A stretch of DNA of 64,000 bases from Bispira polyomma. Lineage: Eukaryota. Positions 51,591 through 64,000 of this stretch are shown piece by piece. The position numbers and the translations under genes were made by a program. The notes beneath the pieces are model-generated. The model was given only the letters and a program-made list of their open reading frames with translations, was not told where the DNA came from and did not search any database. Each line of letters begins with the position of its first letter. The first letter of the stretch is position 1. The DNA lies in NCBI GenBank assembly GCA_965649765.1, contig OZ287757.1, positions 52,824,001-52,888,000 of the forward strand, read 5' to 3'.

Positions 51591-52211
51591 TGCACTTTTT
51601 AACGAGTGAGCAGCCTGGGACAGGCTGGAGGTGCTCACTCGTTTATGCAATTAGTCAGAATCGGTGCGGGAACAGCATTTTTGTAAAATCGGCCCGAAAA
51701 TTAAACTTCATACTTACCATGTATCCTTATTTAATTCTGGGGATAATGCAGTCGATCCGTTTTCCTAATAAAAAACTATAATAACTGTTTTAAAAATCTA
51801 GGCCTCACTGACATAACCTTTGACATAGAAAGTACTTTTTCACTTTCTAACCTTGCCTTGACTTCTTTCACACATCAGTCATTGTGTGTGGAAGAAAACG
51901 TGGGTGTGGGTGTGTGTGTGAGAGAGAGAGAGGATGGGGGATGGATTTGAATGAAAGGCAAGTGGGGGGAGTTATGCATAAAATGCATTTCCAAGTGAAA
52001 CCGAGGCAACCTGTGCACAGGCATAAAGATTGTGTGTGTATTCTAGTTGAAGCACTGTTGTGTTCCTTGTTGTGAAAGTCATGAGAGATATTTAGAAAAA
52101 AAAAGGCTTAAATGTGATGTGTCTTAAGAAAGAATTCACATTCATAAATTTCTTTTCATCAGCCAAATAAAAAAATGGTTAATTGCCATAGAAGATATGA
52201 AGAAAAACATC

Positions 52212-52949
52212 TCAATGTTTGTCATTACTATATACATGTACTGCAAATGTATCTGTACTTTATATGCTAGTTGTAAAATCTACACAGAGGTACAATGTAA
52301 TTCACCACATTTCAAGGTCCCTGTCCAAATTTTTGTTTTCTAAACACTTGGGGGGTCACTCTCAGTTGTACCAACCACACAGTGTTTTAGTATAGACACC
52401 AAACAAAATCAAGAAGTTTCAGAATAATTATTTGAACATTCCCTGAATCAGTAATTATTGATATGCACCAATATTTTAATGTCCTTTCATCCATAGTGGT
52501 ATGCTTAAAACATTTCATAAAGCTAGCTTAATTAAGACTACAACTGTTCAGCTAATAGGAAACCCCAAAATGCAAGCTTGGGTTATACGCCACATACTTA
52601 CATGGGTTTCTGAAAATCACTGGCTTTTTTTAATAAAATTTTTATTTCTACCTGAACTAAACTACTGTATAATCATTAAAATAAAACACTTATACCACAA
52701 TAGAGTGCTCGTCATCAAAAATTAAAATTTTACGAGGCGTACACAATGACCATAACAGTGCACATGTAGAAACTGAATGTCTTGAAACTAAAGATGCTGA
52801 TACTCACAATTGTGAAGATACTATAAAAGTTAGATGTGATTATTTATAACTATACTGAGGGGATGTGTATAGAGTGTGAAAAGTAGAGGCCCGACGACTG
52901 CCCCTTGGACACTTCAAAATGTAGGCTGAGGATGAAAACTGATCATCCA
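52212..52949 (+). repeat. Dispersed direct duplication, copy 1
   Basis: Near-identical to 59878-60662 apart from a 49-bp indel and a few substitutions. Confidence 0.92.
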
Positions 52950-53894
52950 AATCAAGGCGCTCATCGTTAATTCCTTTATTGATTTTATTTTATCAAAGCA
53001 TAAATGGTAAACCACCCATTACCCTTTGCCCTTTTACAGCTTTGGGGTTTCAATAAGTGTCCATTACCTTTTTCAGCTTGTATTAGTCTCAAATTTGGAA
53101 GTTCACCAAACAGTAGACTTCAATAATGGGATTTAATCAAGGTACCATCCGTTAATTCCTTTATTGATTTATATTGATCAAAGGACAAAACAGTAAACTA
53201 CCCATTACCATTTACCCTTTTACTGTTTGAGGCTTTAAATAACTCTCCATTTCCTTTTTGTGCTTTTATTAGTCCTAAATTTGGAAATACACCTAACAGT
53301 TGATTTATTTTATGGGAAAACTACTCATTTCCTTTCAACTGTTTGTGAACAGTTTAGATGTCTGTAGGGCCTTAGTGGAATAGGGTGAACATAACTTTTT
53401 ATTGGCTCAGATTAACGTCATTATGACATCACAAAGTTTGTGTATCACCAAGGCAACAATAAAACAAAGTTTTACATGCAAAAAACTGTTAACATCAAAT
53501 ATACACTTTTATACGGAGCCCCTAATAGGACATCCATATATTTTTTTTCACTTGTTAAGTGGTGAGCACAAGATCATCTCATGCTCACGACTTATTAAGT
53601 GGTGATCACCAGATGATCTCGTGCTCACGACTTTTTAAGTGGTGATTATCATATGAATTCGCCTAACAACAAATTAAGTGGTGAGCACATGTCCCATTTC
53701 ACCTGTAGTATGCTCCTTTTCACCTGGAAATGTTGTAGTGGGCCCAGCTTAAAGCACATGTGTTATTTCAAAAAGAGTTCAGTCGTGACCAGTAGACGAA
53801 TGCTAAGGTGGGAAAGTGACCTGATACAGATGTGTTTGGAGCTTTTTTATGAAGCCTGTAGTGCTAACTAAAATTTAAGAAGGTTTTTAACAAT

Positions 53895-54925
53895 GCTACA
53901 GTTCTCTCCACCATCCCCTGGCTATAAAGTCTCAAATCTGCTACATTTTAACCCACTTTCGGAGAACGACGTTCTCAAAATCATAAAATCCAACTCCATC
54001 AAATCCTGTGAACTGGATCCTATCCCTGCCGCTGTTCTCACAGAATGTCTAGACAGTCTCATAACTCCTATCACCAACATCATAAATTTTTCACTTAGAG
54101 ACAGTATATTTCCCTGTTGTTTCAAAACTGCTTATGTTGCCAGAATGGGAATGTCAGTTAGAACCTGGATTTACTTGCCGACTGTCTCTCCACAGTCTAG
54201 GCATGGATGAACTACTCCAAACTGAAACTAAATCCTAATTGGAAATAAGAAACACAAAGAATACTTAAGATCACTTTTCCCAATCACACTGCTGGGCAAT
54301 GAGATTCAACCTTCAGACCAGGCCAAAAACCTAGGTGTCACTATCGATCCTGCTTTTTTCATTTCTTCCTCACATTAACAGCATTCGCCGCTCCTGTTAC
54401 TATCACATTCGGGACCTCAAAAGAATCAGAAATTATCTGTCATTAGATACTGCTATCACTGTGGCCAATGCTCTTGTAAGAAGCCGCCTTGACTACTGTA
54501 ATTCTCTTCTGTATGGAGCCAATAAGTCCCACATAAACAACTTGCAGTCCATTCAAAACTATCTATGTAGAGTCATCTTTCGTTTGGGAATCCGTACTGA
54601 TGTCACTCTATACCTCAAAAAACTTTACTGGCTTCCTATTCAGTATCGAATCCTGTTTAAAATTCACGTAACCATTTTTAAAGCTGTTGTCTCTAAACAG
54701 CCTGACTACCTCGCTACTAAACTCTTCTTCAGCAGCCTTATAAGGGGAAAATGACTTTGTGTTTCCTCTAAAAAACCCTCCAAGAGAGTTGGATTTAGAG
54801 CCTTCTCGGTCACTGCCCCTATGTTATGGAACAGGCTTCCAGTAGACCTTAGACTGATTGAAACACTTTCTGGTTTTAGGAGAAAGCTTAAAACATATCT
54901 CTTTAGGCTCACCTATCCGCCGTAG
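53895..54925 (+). mobile_element. L2-group LINE ORF2 fragment with internal deletion
   Basis: SCELDPIP, ITPITNIINFSL, FKTAYV, then a jump to LLADCL..AWMNYSKLKLNP (YADD core missing), SRLDYCNSLL, LYWLP, GFRAFSVTAPMLWNRLP, FRRKLKTYLF..YPP* (stop 54923-54925). Related to the 936-1950 copy. Confidence 0.9.
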
Positions 54926-55177
54926 TCCTCTTCCTGGTTGCTGACGCATCCATCCTCAAGACCTGGCTATGTTTTTTGCAGGAGATTACGTCAGTATGTC
55001 TTAAGCATATGCTTTAGTTTGAAGATCCAACTGCTTGTGTCGACAAGTAGATCTCAGAAGTGGTGGGGGTTTGTGGTCTGGTATTTAGGTAGAATGACCT
55101 GTTCCCCTTCTTGTCCTTACAGATTTTTTTTGGTGTAGATAGGCCTGGTAATTATTGAGATATTGGTGCTTATGCAG

Positions 55178-55178
<1 letters not shown>

Positions 55179-55225
<47 letters not shown>
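55179..55225. repeat. (CA)n(TA)n microsatellite
   Basis: Direct observation. Confidence 0.9.
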
Positions 55226-55228
<3 letters not shown>

Positions 55229-55909
55229 CAGTGTTATTTACACACACAAGTGTGCCTTCACACAGCTATGGGAAACTTTTTCACAAAGTTCATTAGCCTT
55301 CCATAGGCACAAGTTTTAATCAGCAGAAAATAAGCTGTATTTATCCTCAAAAGATTTAGTAAAATAAAAAACAAACAACCAAGAACTGATCACTATGTTG
55401 GAATATGTGGGTTACATGAGCAGAACTTGTTCAAGAGTGGTAAATTTTTTACAACTACAATTTGAGTTCATTATTCTACAACTAAGGCCTTACACCTGGC
55501 TAACAGCTGTCTCAACTGATCAGAAGCTTAAGAAAAAGAACTAGTTGTATATATGACCTATATACAGTGTGTGGCTCCAGATAATTTCAATTCAACCAGT
55601 AACACACAGCTAAGTAGTATCAACAAGTGTACATGCTATATATGTTCACATAGGCAATTATGAATTAATATCAAACATGGAGTTGGTCATTGATAACCTT
55701 TATGAATAAATGGACAACCCCTACTAATTTAACACATTTAGTGTTACATGATAAAACACTAAAACAAAAAAATGATTTTAAAAGCAAAGAAGAAGACATC
55801 CACCATACCAACAACTATCAAATGCTATGTTTACAGTTGATATAGATACCAACAGACTGGATAAGAGGAAGAGAACGCAGACTTTATACTTGAGTTGTTT
55901 ACACACATG

Positions 55910-57200
55910 TGCATATACCTACACTATACACATAATTCATCTAAAAGTGTACCCAATAGAGTGCATACCTCCACTTTACACATAAATGAACTAAAAGGGT
56001 ACCCAGTAGAGTGCAAAACTCCATTGTACACAAAATCATCTAAAAGGGTACGCCTCAGTAGAGTGTATGCCTCCACTACACACAAAAATCAACTAAAAGG
56101 GTACCCAGTAGAGTGTATACCTCCACTATACACAAAAATCAACTCAAAGGGTACCCAGTAGAGTGCATACCTTAACTGTACACCTAAATCAACTAGAATG
56201 GTACCCAGTAGAGTGCATACCTCAACTATACACATAAATTAATTAAAATGGTAACCAGTAGATTGTATACCTCCACTATACACTAAAATCATAAAATCAA
56301 CTCAAAGGGTACCCAGTAGAGTGTATACCTCCACTATACACTAAAATAACTAAAAGGTAGGGGTGAGACGGGCCCTAAAAAAACAGCCCGAATAATCGCT
56401 AGCGTCTAACCGGTCCGAAACCGGGTACCCGCGAATTTAGTATGCACCAATCCCAGAAACCAGTCTAACAAAATGGCGGCAGATATAAACAAAATCTATC
56501 GAAAAATAAAGGCAAATATCTGGGAGAATATTACAAATTAGAATGAAAATGTATGTTGGGAGCAGAAATTATACCAAAGTTATTGTTTTCGCGAAGTGAA
56601 TTAGGATTATAGGCGATAATGACAGATTTTTACTATAAAACGTGTACGTTTTCGAGCCCCCGAATAGCAATTTCGCCCCGGTTTTCCCCAAAATTTGGCC
56701 CGTAATCGGGTAACCGGGCCCCCTGTCTCACCCCTACTAAAAGGGTACCCAGTATAGTGTATACCTCCACTATACATCAAAATCTAGTAAAAGGGTACCC
56801 AGTAGAGTGCTTTCCTCCACTATGCACATAAATCAACTAGAATGGTACCCGGTAGAGTGCATACCTCAACTATACACATAAATCAACTAGAATGGTACCC
56901 GGTAGAGTGCACACCTCAACTACACACATAAATCAACTAGAATGGTACCCAGTAGAGTGCATACCTCAACTGTACACATAAATCAACTAGAATGGTACCC
57001 AGTAGAGAGCACACCTCAACTGTACACATAAATCAAGTAAAATGGTACCCAGTAGAGTGCATACCTCAACTGTACACATAAATCAACTAGAATGGTACCC
57101 AGTAGAGTGCATACCTCCACTATACACATAAATCAACTAGAATGGTACCCAGCAAAGTGCATGCCTCAACTGTACACATAAATTAGCCAGAATGGTACCA
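55910..57200. repeat. 50-bp minisatellite array interrupted by a MITE
   Basis: Unit aatggtacccagtagagtgcatacctcaactgtacacataaatcaactag with exact 50-bp period (56944, 56994, 57044, 57094, 57144, 57194). Confidence 0.95.
56358..56736. mobile_element. hAT-like MITE (379 bp) with 8-bp TSD
   Basis: TIRs taggggtgagac..gggccc / gggccc..gtctcaccccta; TSD ctaaaagg at 56350-56357 and 56737-56744. Confidence 0.9.
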
Positions 57201-59059
57201 TAGATAACGGAAGTAAATTTGTGTATATTGTTGCTAACCATACTCGTCTTCTTTAGAAATAAAATTATGTCAAAATAAAATAAATATTAGTAATTAACTT
57301 AATGTACTGAAGCTTTATTGGAATAGTATACTCTTAACACACAGTTTTACTTATATGTATTAAACAGTGATATATAAGCCCGTAGGGGCTGGGTATAAAA
57401 TAATTGATGTGTTGTTGTTTTGTATGTAAAAAGGTATACACATGTCACTATAATAGAGAAAATAAAGAAATAAATATGTTCACTTAAATAACTAAATAAA
57501 TCCTATACTTATTTATCACACTAGAATTTCTGAAAGACATACTAAATCCGGTAAAATACAGTCTAAGAATCTGAGTCTGTCACAGGCAATATTGTTTTAA
57601 AATTTTCTTCACATAAACAGGTAATCTTAGGTCTAAGTCTAAAAGTAGCATGTCCCAAAAAAGTGTCACAATTATGAGTGGGTACACATCATTTCATTTC
57701 CATTGTCCTTTGCACAAACACAAAGTCAGAAAAGAGATTTAGGTAATTCTCATTGTTATATATATTGTCTTAAAAAGACATCCTTTAAAAGGCTTACATT
57801 AAAAAATGTGGTAGCAACAAAGACAAACATTTATTTATCAATGGTATTCAAACAAAATTATGATTTTGTTCATGAAATGTTTTTTGTCTTTAAAAAGTGT
57901 TTTCTAATATACAAAATTAAAAATCATTTTTAGTGTAAAAAATCCAAATAGATCTATATGGGTTTTTAACATGAAATAATTTTAAAAAGGTGAATCAAAT
58001 ATGGCAAATGTCCCTTGTCAATAAGGTTGATCTAAAGGATTAATTTAAATATCCTTCAAATCTTGTTGTTGTGAGTGTAAATCTCACAATATTTTTTTTT
58101 GGAGTGTAAATCTCACAATATTTTTTTTGTCACAATGTAAGTACCTAATAAAATATGTTTCACAATGAAACAATGAAAGTAATAGAAAGTAATAGAAAAG
58201 TAATAGATAAAATCTATTACTTTGCAATCTATTACTATTACCTTGAAACTTCAGCAAATCTATTACTTTTGTATTAGTTCTATTACAAAGGCAAAATCTT
58301 TAATTTAGCATTTAAAACTGGAGAGTTTAGTCAAATTTATATACATAACAAAAATACAGCTAGATACACATTTTTATTATTAGTTATATTTTTAACTCTC
58401 GCAGACAATCTAATAATCACACCACAATCTAGTGAGTACTTTGAAACTGAAGAAGATGTAAGTAAGTGTGTATTTTGGGTAATATATGGGGCCAACTTTG
58501 TTGGGGCCGAGTATGGGGCCGAGTTTCTTAAATATATGGGACCGAGTTTGATATTGGTACACTTCTGGGGTTTTTTTTACGTAGAAATTAATTGCAGTTC
58601 CTATTTACAAATTCATTCGTATAACTTTTAAAGTTCGTGAGACCCAGATGTGGTGAGTTACAATTAAAACTCGAACATTCGCGCAAAACGTCTGTAATGT
58701 AACCTTTTAACCTAAAATTTTCGGTTTAGTATGACCAAAAAGCTCTTAGTTTGTACTTTATGATAGGTTTTACCAATTTCAATTCTAATAAAAAGTGATG
58801 ATAATTGTCTTAGCTAAATTTAGACTGTATTTCGAAATTGCTAAAAATGCCAATATTTAGAGCCTGTGTTATTAATTAAATACTCATATCACAGTAGGTA
58901 TAGTTGATAGAGATTTGCTAATTGCATGCTTAAAAAGCTAGATACATATGCTTTTTGACACATTTTACAAAATAAAAATATTTTGTAAACTAGTCGAGAA
59001 AGTTTGATTTGAAAGGAGTCACTCACTAGATGGACAATCAACTATTATATATGTCTGTT

Positions 59060-59218
59060 CTGATACAAGGTTATCGACTGATGTGGCCCCCCAGGGCCAT
59101 TCCCACTCTCCTCTTGTTCATTTTTCTATTGGCTGATTGATGCTGATGTTGCCCCTTAGAAGATGCCTAGCATCAATAAGGCGCGTTGAAAATGTACAAT
59201 ACAATACAATACAATAAT
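59060..59218 (+). mobile_element. Short 3'-end fragment of an L2-type LINE with (TACAA)n tail
   Basis: ttagaagatgcctagcatcaataaggcgc matches the 3' end of the 936-1950 LINE and is followed by tacaatacaatacaatacaa; the 5' boundary is approximate. Confidence 0.6.
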
Positions 59219-59877
59219 TTGTTACTAAAGAGCAATTTATGGCCGGTGTATAGGATATATAATCTAAAATTAAAATTCCTAAATGAAGCATAATATCTCG
59301 GCAGCGTTGATACCCCCTTAAAAGCAGAGATAGACATAAGTTACAATTATATGTAATGTATATGTATTATCTTTTTACCATTTTGTTATTACATAAAAAC
59401 ACCAAAAGGAAACATCAATTGGATATTAGTCAGTCAATTAGTCAAGACAGACTTAATGTCATTTTATTGAGATTAAAAGTCAATTTTATTTTACTTATGG
59501 TGCTGGTCCACTATCACAAATGGTCGGGGAGAGAACGGCTTTCTTTATTGATGTTACTGGGAGATTTACTGTCATTTTATTTTTACTTTTGGGTTCGAAC
59601 TCTGGGCCAGTGACTTATAACTTTTGTCTGTATGTGTGACAATTGTTTTTATGGGGATGGTGTAATGTCTTTGTTATGTTTTGGGTTTTGAACTCTGGGC
59701 CAGTAATATTTTTATTTCTGTCTGTATGTGTGAATTGTTTTTGAAGGGACGGTGTAATCTGTTTGTTTAGGGTTATATTTTGGGTTTATTACTCCTTTGG
59801 TTTTTTTTCCTTTTGCAAAACGTCTTTGTATAATTGTATTTTTTCAACGATTGTTGTCCATTTGCCAATAATGTTTG

Positions 59878-60662
59878 TCAATGTTTGTCATTACTATATA
59901 CATGTACTGCAAATGTATCTGTACTTTATATGCTAGTTGTAAAATCTACACAGAGGTACAATGTAGTTCACCACATTTCAAGGTCCCTGTCCAATTTTTT
60001 TTTCTAAACACTTGGGGGGTCACTCTCAGTTGTACCAACCACACAGTGTTTTAGTATAGACACCAAACAAAATCAAGAAGTTTCAGAATAATTATTTGAA
60101 CATTCCCTGAATCAGTAATTATTGATATGCACCAATATTTTAATGTCCTTTCATCTATAGTGGTATGCTTAAAACATTTCATAAAGCTAGCTTAAGTAAG
60201 ACTACAACTGTTCAGCTAATAGGAAACCCCAAAATGCAAGCTTGGGTTATACGCCACATACTTACATGGGTTTCTGAAAATCACTGGCTTATTTTAATAA
60301 AATTTTTATTTCTACCTGAACTAAACTACTGTATAATCATTAAAATAGAACACTTATACCACAATAGAGTGCTCGTCATCAAAAATTAAAATTTTACGAG
60401 GCGTACACAATGACCATAACAGTGCACATGCAGAAACTGAATGTCTTGAAACTAAAGATGCTGATACTCACAATTGTGAAGATACTATAAAAGTTAGAGC
60501 ATATACTCAGGGGAAATGATGTGGGGTGTACATATGGTGTTTAACTTTGTGATTATTTATAACTATACTGAGGGGATGTGTATAGAGTGTGAAAAGTAGA
60601 GGCCCGACGACTGTTCCTTGGACACTTCAAAATGTAGGCTGAGGATGAAAACTGATCATCCA
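59878..60662 (+). repeat. Dispersed direct duplication, copy 2
   Basis: Matches 52212-52949; extra 49 bp at 60499-60547; begins with the tandem atgtttgtca-atgtttgtca. Confidence 0.92.
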
Positions 60663-63483
60663 GCTTGATGTTTTAGATCTGGAGGTCAGATCTAATCCAA
60701 TTTGGAATTGCCGTTTAGTCCAAACCACTGTTTGACTCATATTGTTCTTCACTTTCATTCAGCCAGCAAGTCAAAATATACAAAGTTCAAAAGTATTCCT
60801 TATTTTAATTCAGTAATTATAACTAGAAACTAATCAGTTACTACATGTTATAATAGATCAATCTAGTTTAATTAAAGTCAAATTCTTTTTCATAGATCTG
60901 TTAGATCTATAAGTTACTCCACAACCATTTCTTGAATGAAACAAATAATAGTCAAAGGAAGTGACACCCCCATCAAAACATCAGCTTGTCTTCCAAAATG
61001 CCACGTGTAAATCACAGGTTTATTAAACATGGCTATATCTTATGTTAAGTACATATATAATAACAACAAAACCCAAACATCAGTTTGTCCTTTTGTCACT
61101 ATACAAATGTCACTGCATTTATTCTTGAAATATAAAAACTAAATACTAACTCATGTGATAGCTTATGAAGTAATGTGCATGTATATTTTTTTATAAATTA
61201 TTATTATAATAAATAAATATATGTTCACTTCATGGTGATCTTAAATGTATAATATATTTTATGTACATTATTTTGTACTTGGCAATGCAAGTACCCGGGT
61301 ACTGCAGTTTTTACACGGGAGAAAAGCTGCTGCTTTGTTTAAACCACAGATGTTTTTAAATTGGTTCCACTGTTACATAAATAAAACATACAAAATACTG
61401 TTTTATCTGCCATATCTTTAATAAAATCATTAGTGTAATATTTGTAGTCATTATCTATATATGTAGCACCTGAGGATATAGATTTATTTTAAACAGTTTT
61501 ATTAAGAAAGCTGTGAGTAAAATATGGTATACTGCTTGAGCTAGGATATGGAGTCAGTCCACTATTAATTTTGTTATATAATATCTTATAGCCTTTTCAG
61601 CTATACTGAAGTCCGGTGAATAGCTGGCCCTACAAATGATATATCAAATTAAACACCAATCTTAGCCTGACATTTCAGTATGAATGAAAATAGGTCTGAA
61701 CTATTGTTTTTTTGAGATATCTTGAAAAATATAGAGCTAGGTGATTTCCTGTTAAATCCAAGATGGCCGAACATTACAGAAAGGCCCTTAAAAAAATAGC
61801 TTCTGAAGATTAATCTTGGTGAATTAGCTTTCGGAATTATTAAGTAGTCATTCCCCTAGAGTAGCTGTGAATATTAAATAAAGTTATAATTGTTTACTAC
61901 TTTTATGAATTTTAGTTGCAACCCTATCCATTATTTTCGTTTCTACCTTAAATACTCTGTAACCAGGAAGCCGGAAATAGTAAAACCACTCCATATCAAG
62001 CAGTATTCATTTTGTTTGTTTTGATCCATGCAGAGGAAGCCTCGTTTTGGGTGGGAATGATGTCATTCTTAGGGAATATTAAGACTAGTGATGTGTTTGA
62101 GAGTGACATGTGTGTGTGTAGATCCAGTTTGTGTGGGATGCTGTGGAGGCTGTATGTTGGGGTAGTGTGTTGACAAGTAATATTATCCTACTTGAGTTAA
62201 TTTTAATCAAAAGCATGTTAATGAAGTCTATTAGTATTATACTATTAAATATTATTAAGGTAATTTCAATATAAAAATGAGGTTGGTGTCACTCTTAGAA
62301 ATATTTAGAACCAGTGTTTAAAGTTAATTTACAGTGAAACTTTCAGGAATAAAATGTTACTTTAGCTTTACTGCATTTTTGTAAAAAGATTTTGTACTGT
62401 GTTTTTAATTATAGGGATTTTACTTTCACTTTCTTCAATTTTAAAAAATATTTTCAACAACATATTTTTTCCCAAAAAATTTGATTCTTTTCTTGTCATA
62501 AAAATATTCACATTTAAAACAATATGTTTTATCCATGCAATAGTTTATTTTTATTTTTAAAGGGATATATAAGTGGAGTTATTAAGAACAGATTGAGTGA
62601 AAAATAAAATTTAAAAAAAAGGGATAAATTCTTATATTTATTTGCAATAACATTTTCGGATATTTATCTCAGTAATACAAATACTAAAAATTCTGCATAT
62701 TAACACATCTCCTATTATAACTATATCCATTTTGAATTCTGGGGATAACGCAGTCGATTCCTTTAAAAAAAACTAAACTATAATAATGGTTTTAAAAATC
62801 TAGGTCACACTGACATAAGTTTGACCTATACAGTCACATATTTACTTTCTAGCATTGCTGATCTGCAAAACTAGCCCATATTTATAAAAACGGTGTATGT
62901 AAAAGAAAAATCAATAAAAAATCTATCACCATATATTTAATGCGTACCACGTGTATCGCCCAATATTTTAATTTTTGTAAATTATACAGTTACAAACGAT
63001 TTTCACGAGAATTGTTTACATCGGACATTTTGTCACTCCAAGGCCCCACCTACAAGTTCTATGAAACATAAAGTTCTAGAGACCATGTTCACAAAATAAA
63101 TAGAAACGACCAGAAAACGGAAATCTCAACATGTTGCCTAAAGTCTGCTATGTCCCCACATTCTAGCCCTTACCTGTGGCAAGATCTTTCAAAATTATTA
63201 TTGACTACACACATCTGACAACAAAGAAACCAAAATTTTGCACACATATTTGAAAGCCCCGGTTTGTGTTTATTATTACAATAAAAATTTCCAAAGAAGA
63301 AATCAAGAATAAGTTTTTAAATTATAGGGTGAACAGATATTTTATTGCGATAAATACTCTCTACCTTATCCTCACTAATGCTTTAATTTAGTACACCCAA
63401 AAATGTTCGACCAAAAAATCACTCAAGTCTTTTTTAAAAGACTATTCTTGTGATTTGACCTAAATAAATCTCACCAACCTCAC

Positions 63484-63501
63484 TGCGCATGCGCCGGAAG
63501 T
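63484..63501. promoter_or_regulatory. NRF1-like plus ETS-like composite motif, possible housekeeping promoter
   Basis: TGCGCATGCGC overlapping CCGGAAGT in an otherwise CpG-poor background. Confidence 0.45.
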
Positions 63502-63756
63502 CCCTTCCACTCTCGATATACCCTTCACAATTAATTTGGTCTCTCTTGTGTCAACACCTAGTTCGATCTACTACTGGAGTTTTTGAAGGAAAATAGAGGC
63601 TTTATTTCATAAGGCAGGATGTATTATGGCTGAGGAACTTGCTTTCTACAGTTAGTTTCAACATTGGCAGCATTTTGGAGGGTTTACCAGACTTTCCATT
63701 TCATCAGCGATCTTTGCGTCTATTAGCGGTTTTGACGAGATTTGGAACAGCACAGG

Positions 63757-63991
63757 AGTCAACTTAACACAACCAGATGTTATGGTGTTAACTTTTCGCA
63801 ACAAGATGTTGTGGTGTTAACTTTACACAACGAGATGTTGTGGAGTCAACTTAACACAACGAGATGTTGTGCAGTCAACTTAACACAACAAGATGTTGTG
63901 ATGTTGCCGGATTAGATGTCCTAAGAATGATGTCCTAGCAGTGATGTCCCAACAGTGATATCCTAGCAGTGATGTCCTAGCAGTGATGTCC
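63757..63991. repeat. Two short minisatellites (29-30 bp and 14 bp units)
   Basis: gtcaacttaacacaacgagatgttgtg-type units at 63757-63900; gatgtcctagcagt units at 63916-63991. Confidence 0.85.
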
Positions 63992-64000
63992 TGTTACGGT

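Noticed and set aside
52501-52725. Duplicated 74-aa ORF (also 60165-60389) as a conserved gene
   Set aside because: Its identity simply reflects the recent DNA duplication; the visible differences change amino acids and no motif is present.
52925-52949. ctgaggatg...catcc as a Penelope-type hammerhead (also at 60639-60662)
   Set aside because: The hairpin is not followed by the required GAAA.
55910-57200. CRISPR-like array
   Set aside because: Units are contiguous 50-bp tandem repeats without unique spacers; eukaryotic context and no cas genes.
52212-60662. LTR retrotransposon bounded by the two direct repeats
   Set aside because: No TG..CA ends, PBS, PPT, TSD or gag/pol; the interior consists of unrelated repeats.

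Overview
AT-rich, repeat-dominated eukaryotic DNA, probably from an invertebrate animal; the repeat families look mollusc-like, but that is inference. No complete host gene is visible. Main contents: (1) A full-length but defective Ngaro/PAT-type tyrosine-recombinase retrotransposon on the minus strand (9290-15823) with split direct repeats A1-gag-pol-YR-B1-A2-spacer-B2. It shows a -1 frameshift signal at the gag end and an apparent gag-to-YR splice. (2) A rearranged L1/Tx1-type non-LTR element (about 16325-19057) whose ORF1 (coiled coil, RRM, CTD) continues in frame, through one stop codon, into a NADAR (YbiA-like) hydrolase domain. This is the most unusual observation and a candidate retroelement counter-measure to nucleic-acid ADP-ribosylation. 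(3) L2-type LINE fragments, two tRNA-derived SINEs with 15-bp TSDs, mariner-, Harbinger- and hAT-like MITEs, several minisatellites and Helentron-associated repeat fields, and a dispersed 740-bp duplication. (4) Isolated host-like exons (a 99-bp ankyrin exon, a decayed FN3 exon) and an NRF1+ETS promoter-like motif near the right end. All calls come from reading the sequence by eye; no searches were run.
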